NCBI GenBank assembly: GCA_041305465.1
Contig: JBFYLJ010000214.1
Span: 45-64,044 of the forward strand
Source of the DNA: Methanothrix sp.
Lineage (GTDB): Archaea; Halobacteriota; Methanosarcinia; Methanotrichales; Methanotrichaceae
Direction of reading: 5' to 3'
DNA: 64,000 bases
Shown here: piece by piece, positions 1-8,263 of the stretch
Numbering within the stretch: position 1 is the first letter of the stretch
Layout of the letters: each line of letters starts with the position of its first letter
Translations under genes and position numbers: made by a program
The notes under the pieces: model-generated
What the model saw: the letters and a program-made list of their open reading frames with translations, nothing else
What the model was told of the DNA's origin: nothing
The model's database searches: none

Positions 1-161
1 TTCTCGTGTGATCGAGACTACAATGCTTCCAGGAACATACTCATCACAGGGATGTAGCAGCCCGCAGCGCCCATAGAGCCAAAACCACCACATCACATAA
101 CCGTGATGCAAGTATTGGCGATGAAGTGGGAAGCCGCGCCCTTCAGGACGTGGTAGTTCAC
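1..161 (+). mobile_element. tnpB: 3' end of an IS200/IS605/IS607-type element: TnpB C-terminus plus right end / omega-RNA scaffold
   Basis: Frame 1 reads FSCDRDYNASRNIL (TnpB RuvC-III motif DRDxNAxxNI), then TAG at 55-57. The frame continues QPAAPIEPKP...MKWEAAPFRTW* to 156. GAAGCCGCGCCCTTCAGGACGTGGTAGTTCAC (130-161) matches the typical GAAGCC..CCCTTCAGGG..GGTAGTTCAC right end. Confidence 0.85.
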
Positions 162-184
162 ACAGGGAAAACTGCCGGAGAGAC

Positions 185-736
185 TCATCTCCCGTAGGTT
201 GCCACTGCTTCTCCCTTCTGTATCACATGGCCTTTCATTGCCTTCTGCAAATCTACGGCGAAAGCGCCTTCTGGCAGGTCAAGCATCCGGTCCAGACCAA
301 AAACACGGAAGAAATATCTGTGCGGCTTTCCGGGAGGAGGACATGGGCCGGAATATCCGATTTCGCCAAAGTCGTTCGTGCCTTGCACTGCGATAAAGGG
401 CTCTTTGATAGTGGCTTTCTTGGCGATAGCCCCTGGAATGATATCCATCGGCGGGATATTCCAGATAAGCCAATGGGTGAAGACGCCAGAGGGCGCGTCC
501 TGATCGTCCACAATCACTGCCAGAGATGCGGCATTAAGCCCTTCAATCTCGATTTTTGGCGATACATCCATTCCCTGACAGGTGTATTTATCTGCAACCC
601 GGTCAAAGCCCAATTTAACGACAAGATTCTTCATATCTGTCTCTCCTGCCTGGACAGCATTCGCAAAAAGGATGGCGAAGGCAATTGCAGCTGCCAGGAC
701 ACACGGCGATGATATTATTCTATTTATGATTATCAT
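185..736 (-). CDS. YbhB/YbcL (PEBP, Raf kinase inhibitor-like) family protein with signal peptide
   Basis: DDQDAP..FTHW, GTNDFG..GYSGPCPP..PHRY motifs. Confidence 0.9.
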   Translation of the reverse strand: MIIINRIISSPCVLAAAIAFAILFANAVQAGETDMKNLVVKLGFDRVADKYTCQGMDVSPKIEIEGLNAASLAVIVDDQDAPSGVFTHWLIWNIPPMDIIPGAIAKKATIKEPFIAVQGTNDFGEIGYSGPCPPPGKPHRYFFRVFGLDRMLDLPEGAFAVDLQKAMKGHVIQKGEAVATYGR

Positions 737-888
737 AATATGGCTCCCTCCTAAAGAATTCTATGAGATTTCTAAGAGTTTTTACATCTCCTATCTTCTT
801 CTTAATTATCTCATATAAGACGGATATATTTATATTGTCCCGGCAAGTCCGGAAATCTTTAAGTACTCATTTTCTATCTTGGTCTCTC

Positions 889-1815
889 ATGAATCTTACA
901 GCCATGGCAGGCATGACCGATCCGATTCTGCTGGCGAATTGGATTCAGAAGGCTGTGGATTCGACTACCGGCAGACATGTTGATCTGGTCTTTATCCAGA
1001 TCCTGGCAAATGCCATCAGCAACATCGATCTGGCGTCCATTTTTCTAAATGGTTTTTTTGTTATATTGATTGCACTCTTCACTCGCTTTGCAGTGCGCAT
1101 CGTAGACCGCATGCTGGTCAATCATATTCCTACAGTGGTTAACAAGGTGCAGATGAAGGTCGATGAGACCATGCAGCTCATGATGCGTAGATTGATTTCC
1201 GCTACCATCTACATTGTCGGTCTCATGCTAATCATCTATCAGATACCGCAGCTACAAAGCCTGGTCACAGCCATACTGGCCGGCGCCAGTATTGCAGGTC
1301 TGGCGATCGGATTTGCCGCCAAGGACTCTCTTTCTAACTTCACTTCAAGCATCTTCATTGCTCTCTTCCAGCCCATCAGGGTGGGAGATCTGGTTGATTT
1401 CAGAGGAGAATACGGCCAGGTGGAAGATTTGACACTGAGGCATACGGTAATCAGGACCACCGACAATAAGAGAATCATTGTTCCCAATAGCATCATAAGC
1501 ATGGAGCCGATAATCAACTGGTCCATCAGGGAACCTGAGATAACCTGGATGGTGGATTTCGACCTGGAAAAAGCGTCCGACATTGATAAAGCCAGAGAGA
1601 TCATCCTCAAAGCTGCAAAGAGCCACCCCATGGTGCTAAAAGACAAGCCCATCAATGTGCTGCTATTGAACTCTCGGTACTCGGAACTGACCCTCCGGTT
1701 GGAGGTTCCTGTCCCTGGAAGAAACGTGGCAAAGGTCGTAGGCTGCGATATAAGAGAGGCCGTCAAAAAAGAGTTTGAGGTGGCAGGAATACCACCAGCG
1801 TCACCGCCTAAGTAA
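889..1815 (+). CDS. mscS: Small-conductance mechanosensitive channel (MscS family)
   Basis: GLAIGFAAKDSLSNF...PIRVGD...G.VEDLTLRHT.IRT.DN..I.VPNS. Start taken at ATG 889; the ORF is open from 763. Confidence 0.88.
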   Translation: MNLTAMAGMTDPILLANWIQKAVDSTTGRHVDLVFIQILANAISNIDLASIFLNGFFVILIALFTRFAVRIVDRMLVNHIPTVVNKVQMKVDETMQLMMRRLISATIYIVGLMLIIYQIPQLQSLVTAILAGASIAGLAIGFAAKDSLSNFTSSIFIALFQPIRVGDLVDFRGEYGQVEDLTLRHTVIRTTDNKRIIVPNSIISMEPIINWSIREPEITWMVDFDLEKASDIDKAREIILKAAKSHPMVLKDKPINVLLLNSRYSELTLRLEVPVPGRNVAKVVGCDIREAVKKEFEVAGIPPASPPK

Positions 1816-1869
1816 AAATTATAGTAGGGATTATTGCATGAAAATGAGCTTTTTCAGCATTTAACGGTC

Positions 1870-2487
1870 TCACCTATGCGCGGCAAAAATCTCCTGAAAC
1901 TTCATAATCTCTTCCCTCACATTCTCTTTGGCCACAACACAGGATATGGCGCACAGCCCATCTGCTCCCGCTCTGACGACCTCCCCGGCATTGCAATGAT
2001 TGATGCCACCAATAGCGATCAGTGGAATATCTACCTCTGCCCGGATCTCTTCGATGAGGCTGATGCCCGCTGGCTTTCCGGCATCCGGTTTAGTCGCGGT
2101 CTGGAATATTGGTGAGACTCCCAGATAGTCGGCCCCTATGCTTTCCGCCGCCTGTGCTTCGGCAAGACTGTGAACGGTAACGCCGATGATCTTGTCGTGC
2201 CCCAGCAGTTTGCGAGCAGCCAGGCAGGGCATATCCGACTGGCCGAGATGAACGCCATCAGCCTCTGCTGCAAGAGCAATATCTATTCGATCGTTGACCA
2301 GAAATGTGCAGCCCGAGTTCAGGCATATCTCTCGCAGCCGCACGGCTTCCTGGTACATTTGCAGCGTTTCTGCGTTCTTGTTTCTGTACTGGACAACTCT
2401 TACTCCGCAGGAGACTGCCTGCCGAACATCGCTAATATTCCCGGCGCGGCTCAATTTGCAGTCGGTTATGAAGTAGTATCCTTTCAC
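1870..2487 (-). CDS. thiE: Thiamine-phosphate synthase
   Basis: VQYRNK, NDRIDIALA..ADGVHLGQSD, TATKPDA, AIGGI motifs; overlaps thiM by 4 nt. Confidence 0.95.
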   Translation of the reverse strand: MKGYYFITDCKLSRAGNISDVRQAVSCGVRVVQYRNKNAETLQMYQEAVRLREICLNSGCTFLVNDRIDIALAAEADGVHLGQSDMPCLAARKLLGHDKIIGVTVHSLAEAQAAESIGADYLGVSPIFQTATKPDAGKPAGISLIEEIRAEVDIPLIAIGGINHCNAGEVVRAGADGLCAISCVVAKENVREEIMKFQEIFAAHR

Positions 2488-3278
2488 GCTTCGGTCCTCT
2501 GCATTCTCTCTACAGTTTCGGTATCAAGATTGTACACGGCATCAAAGAGCATTTCCTTGAAGCTGCCAGGCCCTTCTGCCTTTGCGGCTGCCTGTTCTGC
2601 CGCGACCTCGTAGCAGACAAGACCGGCTACACAGGCATCAACGCAGTCCCTTTCCACAGCAGCAAATGTGCCTATTACTGATGTGGCCATGCATCCTGTG
2701 CCCACTATATTTGCCATCATGCTGTGGCCGTTCAACACCCTCACCACTCTCTTCTCATCGGCCACAATATCCTCTTTTCCGGTTATAACCACTGTGCAAT
2801 TCCTCTTTTTGGCCAGGTCTCGTGCTATCTCCTGCAGATTCTTCTCGACCACCGAGGCATCCACGCCCCTGGTATAAACGCTCTCTCCGGCTATGCGAGC
2901 GACTTCGGATGAATTGCCTTTTATGATGCTCACCATTGCATTATGCAGTATCTCAAAGCATTTATCATCGCGAAATTTTGTGGCTCCGGCTCCACAGACA
3001 TCAAGGACCACTGGTATTCCCTTTTTATTGGCACTCTTTGCGGCAAGTATCATGGCCTCGACGAAATCGGTTGTCAGAGTGCCGATATTCAATACCAGCG
3101 CAGAGGCAATACCTGCCATCTCAGCGACCTCTTCTCTGGCGTGAGCCATGACCGGAGAGGCTCCAAATACCTTAACAATATTAGCACAATCGTAAATGGT
3201 AACCCAATTAGTCAGGTGGTGTATGAGTGGCTTTTCCTTTCTCACTCTTTCCAGGCAATCTGACGCAATGCTTCTCAC
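2484..3278 (-). CDS. thiM: Hydroxyethylthiazole kinase
   Basis: PLIHHLTNWV, GASPVMA, LNIGT, IKGN.SE, GTGC motifs. Confidence 0.95.
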   Translation of the reverse strand: MRSIASDCLERVRKEKPLIHHLTNWVTIYDCANIVKVFGASPVMAHAREEVAEMAGIASALVLNIGTLTTDFVEAMILAAKSANKKGIPVVLDVCGAGATKFRDDKCFEILHNAMVSIIKGNSSEVARIAGESVYTRGVDASVVEKNLQEIARDLAKKRNCTVVITGKEDIVADEKRVVRVLNGHSMMANIVGTGCMATSVIGTFAAVERDCVDACVAGLVCYEVAAEQAAAKAEGPGSFKEMLFDAVYNLDTETVERMQRTEA

Positions 3279-3532
3279 GGGTAGCCTCCTGTTTCATAAC
3301 CGTTTAGGAAATTAATCGTCAGAAGCTAAAACGTTTTCTGTTCACAAGAGGACTCCGATTAACCTAAGGTCGATGGTCCCCATAACGGACAACGTCAATA
3401 TTTTGACGCTTTCGCTCTATTTTTCTCTATTCATGCCTCCGTAATCCCTTATTTTCATAAGATTTTTCCATATTTTTTCGACAGCTAATGCTATGCCTCG
3501 AATTTGCTCTTGGCCGAGGCCAAATGATAGAC

Positions 3533-3745
3533 ATTAAAAACTATACCTGTGATTATCAAAATGACTTGACTCCTTTTTCGCCCATGCTCCATCTTTACTT
3601 CGCCGGGTTTTGGCCTCATCTCCACGAGGAGTATCTGCTTTGGCATGGCCAGTATCAGATGTTATAAATGTGGCATCCTGCATGATTCCTTTTTGCATTT
3701 TGATCCGTTCATACTAATTGGGTTTTTTGGAATTCTCTTATATCT
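3533..3745 (-). pseudogene. IS5-family transposase remnant
   Basis: Minus strand reads IKMQKGIMQDATFITSDTGHAKADTPRGDEAKTRRSKDGAWAKK, matching the methanogen IS5 transposase segment around the first catalytic Asp (GMIQDATFI..DPGH..A..PRG.EAKTRRSKDG.W.KK). Truncated on both sides. Confidence 0.75.
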
Positions 3746-4010
3746 ACTCTCATGCCAATTTCAATTTTAAAAACAATCTAATTCGAATAATTTAGTCACA
3801 AATCCAACTTAAAAGACTATTAAGGATTAACCAGTTGATTAGAAAATATGTAATCATAATTTGGTTGAGAAAAATTTATATCTTCAGAACATAACAACAA
3901 TTAGCTGTCTAAAAGGCATTTGAATATCCATTATAATTTGAAACAAGAAAATAGAATGCGATATGGATACAAATGTCATTAGAGTTTCAAATATTGTAAG
4001 GCGATTTAAA

Positions 4011-5987
4011 ATGGATGATGTAAAATCGGAAAAATCAGTTCAGACCGTAAATCAAGGTCTGTATTATCCACCCCGAGATCTAGTCGAGAACTCAAATGTC
4101 ATGGCCTGGATGAAGAGAAAGGGCATGAAGTCGGAGAGCGAGCTACGGGCATGGTGCTCTGCCAATTACGTTACGTTCTGGGATGAGATGGCCCAAACCT
4201 ATGCAGACTGGTTCGAGCCCTACAAGCAGACATTACAGTGGAAAGCCCCCTTTGCCAAGTGGTTTATGGGCGGCAAGATCAATGTAGCTTATAATGCCGT
4301 AGACAGGCACGCCAAATCCTGGCGTCGCAACAAGCTGGCTTACATCTTTGTGGGAGAGCCAGTAGGCGATGTTCGCAAGATCACCTATTATGAGCTGTCT
4401 AACCAGGTCAACAGATTCGCCAACGCACTCAAGGCCCAGGGAATCAAAAAGGGCGACCGCGTGGGAATTTATCTGCCCATGGTCCCCGAGCTGCCTGTGG
4501 CCATGCTCGCCTGTGCGAAGCTGGGTGCCATTCATGTAGTAGTATTCTCCGGATTTTCCGCAGTAGCCGTTCGTGACCGGCTTGAGGATTGCCAGCCCAG
4601 GATTCTGGTCACCTGCGACGGCTCCTACCGCCGGGGCAAGCCCATTGCCACCAAGCCCCAGGCTGATGAGGCCATAGCCGGCTTAAAGTGCATTGAGAAG
4701 GTAGTAGTTGTAAAGAGAAACAGCCAGGAAACGCCCATGACAGAAGGGCGCGATGTCTGGTGGGACGATTTTGTAGCAGGCCAGTCCGGCTCCTGCGAGA
4801 CATTGCCTATGGACGCCGCCGATCCGCTCTTCATCCTTTACACCGCCGGAGCTGGCGGAAAGCCGCGCGGCATTGTGCACACCCACGCTGGTATGAGCAT
4901 CGGCCCGGCGTTTACCACCTCCTGGGTCTTCGATATCAAGGATACGGATGTCTACTGGTCAACCGCTGATATCGGATGGATCACAGGCCACAGCTACATC
5001 GCCTACGGGCCGCTATGCCTGGGTGCGACAAGCATCATGTACGAAGGATCGCCCGACTATCCTGACTTCGGCCGGTGGTTTAAGATCATCGAGGACTACG
5101 GAGTCTCTGTGATTTACACTGCGCCTACTGCTATCAGGATGTTCATGAACGAGGGCCCATCCTGGCCTTCGAAGTACGACCTTTCCACGGTTCGGCTCAT
5201 GGGATCGGTAGGTGAGGCTATGAATCCCGATGCCTTTGTCTGGTGGAGGCAACACGTTGGCGGCGGATTTGCGCCCATCATGGACACCTGGTTCCAGAGC
5301 GAGACCGGCTCTCAGGTTATCGCTCCCCTGCCCATAACCCCGCTCAAACCCGGCTCACCCAGCTTTGCTCTGCCCGGCTATAGTGTCGAGGTAGTGGATG
5401 ATAATGGTTTAGCCGTGCCGGCGGGCAGTACCGGCGATATACTTATAACACAGCCCTGGCCCTCCATGCTCCGGGAGATCTACCAGGACCCGTCCGGGTA
5501 TAACGAGACCTACTGGGCTGCTTTTCCCGGCAAGTATTTCTCCGGAGACAAGGCTCGCGTGGATGAGGACGGATACATCTGGGCTCTGGGAAGAGGAGAC
5601 GATGTCCTCAAGGTGGCAGGCCACAGGATATCCAATGCCGAGGTTGAGGCATCGGCAGAGAAGCATCCTTCCGTTGCCGCTGCCGCAGTCGTGGGCAAGC
5701 CGGACAAGGTGAAGGGCGAGAGCATTGTGGTCTATGCCGTCTTGAAGCCGGATGCCAAGCCGGATGCCGCTTTGGAGAAAGATATCAAGAACTTCGTGCG
5801 AAAGACCCTGGGCCCCATCGCCATTCCCTCGGATGTCATCTTTGTGACGGATATCCCCAGGAATAAAGCAGGAAAACCCGTCCGGCCGCTGATCAAGGCC
5901 AGAGCCCTGGGAGAAGCTCTGGGTGACACATCGGCAGTTGTCAACCCACAGGCGCTGGAAGCAATTCCGCTCTTGCTCAAAAAGTAG
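4011..5987 (+). CDS. acs: Acetate--CoA ligase (AMP-forming), divergent paralogue
   Basis: Acs motifs present (WF.GG.IN..YNAVDRH, YLPM.PE, ADIGWITGHSY, GD.A..DEDGY, GR.DD, VAGHRI). P-loop is YTAGAGGKPRG. ORF open from 3963; 4011 is the probable start. Confidence 0.88.
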   Translation: MDDVKSEKSVQTVNQGLYYPPRDLVENSNVMAWMKRKGMKSESELRAWCSANYVTFWDEMAQTYADWFEPYKQTLQWKAPFAKWFMGGKINVAYNAVDRHAKSWRRNKLAYIFVGEPVGDVRKITYYELSNQVNRFANALKAQGIKKGDRVGIYLPMVPELPVAMLACAKLGAIHVVVFSGFSAVAVRDRLEDCQPRILVTCDGSYRRGKPIATKPQADEAIAGLKCIEKVVVVKRNSQETPMTEGRDVWWDDFVAGQSGSCETLPMDAADPLFILYTAGAGGKPRGIVHTHAGMSIGPAFTTSWVFDIKDTDVYWSTADIGWITGHSYIAYGPLCLGATSIMYEGSPDYPDFGRWFKIIEDYGVSVIYTAPTAIRMFMNEGPSWPSKYDLSTVRLMGSVGEAMNPDAFVWWRQHVGGGFAPIMDTWFQSETGSQVIAPLPITPLKPGSPSFALPGYSVEVVDDNGLAVPAGSTGDILITQPWPSMLREIYQDPSGYNETYWAAFPGKYFSGDKARVDEDGYIWALGRGDDVLKVAGHRISNAEVEASAEKHPSVAAAAVVGKPDKVKGESIVVYAVLKPDAKPDAALEKDIKNFVRKTLGPIAIPSDVIFVTDIPRNKAGKPVRPLIKARALGEALGDTSAVVNPQALEAIPLLLKK

Positions 5988-6028
5988 AGCGGAATCCCTT
6001 TTTCTTTTTTTTTGGTTTTGTACATATA

Positions 6029-6451
6029 TCATTTTGTATCGTCAAACCCTATCTTGATGTGATTTCCATCACAAAAGGGCTTTTTCCCTGAGCCGCCGCA
6101 TCTGCATAGGGCATAAGGTCCTTTCTCAGCTAATAAAGTGCCCTCATTATTCTTTAGAGAGCAGCCTCCTTCCACCAGCAAGGGGCCGTTTTTCTTCACA
6201 ATAATATTTGCACGTGGCATATTATCACTCTCCTCTGTGGCTGCCTGCACCTTCTTGTATGTCAAAGCACCGGATGGACAACGGTCCACCACCGACATGA
6301 TTTCCACTGAGCTTGCTCCCTGCATATTTATCCAGGGCGTGCTCTCCCGGCTGAATACCTGAGGCAGACCCTTTACGCATTCTCTGGCATGGATGCATTT
6401 TTCCGGGTTCCAGAGAACTTTGATATCTTTGTTGGAATATTCTTTCATCAA
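6029..6451 (-). CDS. Divergent 4Fe-4S (YjdI-like) domain fused to a CDGSH iron-sulfur domain
   Basis: CIHARECV...PWI...CPSGAL followed by LCRCG.S..KPFCDG.H. Confidence 0.88.
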   Translation of the reverse strand: MMKEYSNKDIKVLWNPEKCIHARECVKGLPQVFSRESTPWINMQGASSVEIMSVVDRCPSGALTYKKVQAATEESDNMPRANIIVKKNGPLLVEGGCSLKNNEGTLLAEKGPYALCRCGGSGKKPFCDGNHIKIGFDDTK

Positions 6452-6576
6452 GATTGGGTTAGATTTATTTCTACTAAGTTCTTTCCATTCCTCGCATAAC
6501 CATTTTATAATTTGAGCGTCTAATATGAAATAAATTAGACATCTATATTTGACATCAAGAATAGAGGTTTAGGATT

Positions 6577-7020
6577 ATGGGATTTATTGGCGAGTTTAGG
6601 GATTTCGCCATGAAGGGCAACGTCCTGGACATGGCGGTAGGTATCATTATCGGTGCTGCCTTTGGCGGCATTGTCAGTTCGCTGGTAAAAGATGTCATCA
6701 TGCCTCCCATCGGCATGATCATGGGCGGCATGAACTTTGCCGATATGTTTGTAGCTCTGGATGGAAAGACCTATGCCACCCTGACAGCAGCCCAGGCTGC
6801 AGCTGCGCCCACCATCAATTATGGTCTGTTCATAAATGCCATCATCAACTTCATCATAGTGGCCCTGGCCATATTCCTGCTCATCCGCCAGGTGAATGCA
6901 GCCAAGAAAAAGCCGGCCCCTCCCGAGCCCAACAGCAAGGAATGCCCCTTCTGCAGGGAGAGCATTCCCAAGGCGGCAGTAAAATGCTCACATTGTACAT
7001 CCGATTTGAAATATAGTTGA
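6577..7020 (+). CDS. mscL: Large-conductance mechanosensitive channel with C-terminal zinc ribbon
   Basis: [36 protein letters not shown]; C-terminal CPFC...CSHC. Confidence 0.95.
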   Translation: MGFIGEFRDFAMKGNVLDMAVGIIIGAAFGGIVSSLVKDVIMPPIGMIMGGMNFADMFVALDGKTYATLTAAQAAAAPTINYGLFINAIINFIIVALAIFLLIRQVNAAKKKPAPPEPNSKECPFCRESIPKAAVKCSHCTSDLKYS

Positions 7021-7029
7021 AAATGAAGA

Positions 7030-7437
7030 ATGAGAGGTAATAACATGTTGAGAATGGCTAGTATGTTTCCGGCGGGTGTCGCTGCCGTATTATTTGCTTT
7101 GGTCATGGCTTCTGCGGGCAGCGTCTGCGACAATGCCCCCTGCGAAGAAGCCGTCAACGTCTCGGCTGGAGAGAATTTTACCATCGAGCTAAAGTCCATT
7201 GCCGGATCTACCGGATTTGTTTGGTGGACGCAGTTTGATACCGAGTACCTGAGCCTTGTATCATCATCCGAGCAGTCCGGCGATGCCAAGCCGGGATGGG
7301 TTGGTGTGCCAGGCAAGAAGGTCTTTGTATTCAATGCCAAAAAGCCCGGCAGCACTGATGTTATTATGCTCCTGATCCAGCCCTGGGAGAACAGCACCGT
7401 CGCACAGAGATTGATATATCCTGTAAACATTTCCTAA
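7030..7437 (+). CDS. Secreted protease inhibitor I42 (chagasin-like) family protein
   Basis: Signal peptide; GENFTIEL..AGSTGF.W, VG.PG...F.F.A..PG, QPWE. Confidence 0.75.
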   Translation: MRGNNMLRMASMFPAGVAAVLFALVMASAGSVCDNAPCEEAVNVSAGENFTIELKSIAGSTGFVWWTQFDTEYLSLVSSSEQSGDAKPGWVGVPGKKVFVFNAKKPGSTDVIMLLIQPWENSTVAQRLIYPVNIS

Positions 7438-7441
7438 ATGC

Positions 7442-8206
7442 ATGAGACTTCTCTCCTGGAATGTGAACGGTCTGAGAGCCATTTTTAAAAAGGGATTCGC
7501 AGATTGGCTTAGAAGAGATATGCCGGATGTGCTCTGCCTACAAGAGACAAAGGTGGCAGTCGATCAGGTTCCTGCCGAGCTGAAATGCCTGCCGGGCTAT
7601 TTTTCCTATTTCGGCTCGGGAGATAGAAAAGGACGGGATGGGGTTGCTCTTTTCTCTAAAACAGAGCCGCTTAGCGTAGAATACACACTGGGAATTGAGG
7701 GATTTGAGGACGAGCATAGAGCCATCGTAGCTGATTATGGGCAGTTCTTGCTCATTAACGTCTACTTTCCCAACGGCAAAGCCTCTCGGGAGAGGCTGGA
7801 GTATAAGCTGAAGTTCTATGAGGTTTTTTTAGAGCACATCTCCCGGCTCAGGGCCGAGGGCAGGAGGATTGTAGTCTGCGGGGATGTCAATACTGCCCAC
7901 AAAGAGATCGATCTGGCCCGGCCCAAGGCCAATGAAAAAATCTCAGGATTCTTGCCGGAAGAGAGGGCCTGGATAGACCGGCTGGTGGAAGGAGGCTTTC
8001 TGGACACATTTCGCATCCATCATGAGGGAAGCGAGAACTACTCCTGGTGGGATCTGAAGACGCGCGCCCGCGAGAGAAACGTGGGCTGGAGGATCGACTA
8101 CTTCTTTGTGAGCGAAGAATTGCGGGATTCTGTCTTGTCGGCGTTTATTCTTGCCGAGGTCACAGGCTCGGATCACTGTCCGGTGGGAATTGAGCTGAAG
8201 GTCTAA
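7442..8206 (+). CDS. xth: Exodeoxyribonuclease III (AP endonuclease)
   Basis: SWNVNGLRA, LQETK, GDVNTAH, GWRIDY, GSDHCP. Confidence 0.96.
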   Translation: MRLLSWNVNGLRAIFKKGFADWLRRDMPDVLCLQETKVAVDQVPAELKCLPGYFSYFGSGDRKGRDGVALFSKTEPLSVEYTLGIEGFEDEHRAIVADYGQFLLINVYFPNGKASRERLEYKLKFYEVFLEHISRLRAEGRRIVVCGDVNTAHKEIDLARPKANEKISGFLPEERAWIDRLVEGGFLDTFRIHHEGSENYSWWDLKTRARERNVGWRIDYFFVSEELRDSVLSAFILAEVTGSDHCPVGIELKV

Positions 8207-8263
8207 TTAATTTCATGTTCGTAGGAAAAAGGTTTTATCAGTAATCGATTAAGGATTCTGAAT

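Noticed and set aside
3279-3530. TPP riboswitch upstream of thiM
   Set aside because: No CUGAGA / AUACC...CUGAU / AGCGUAGGGA core found on the minus strand.
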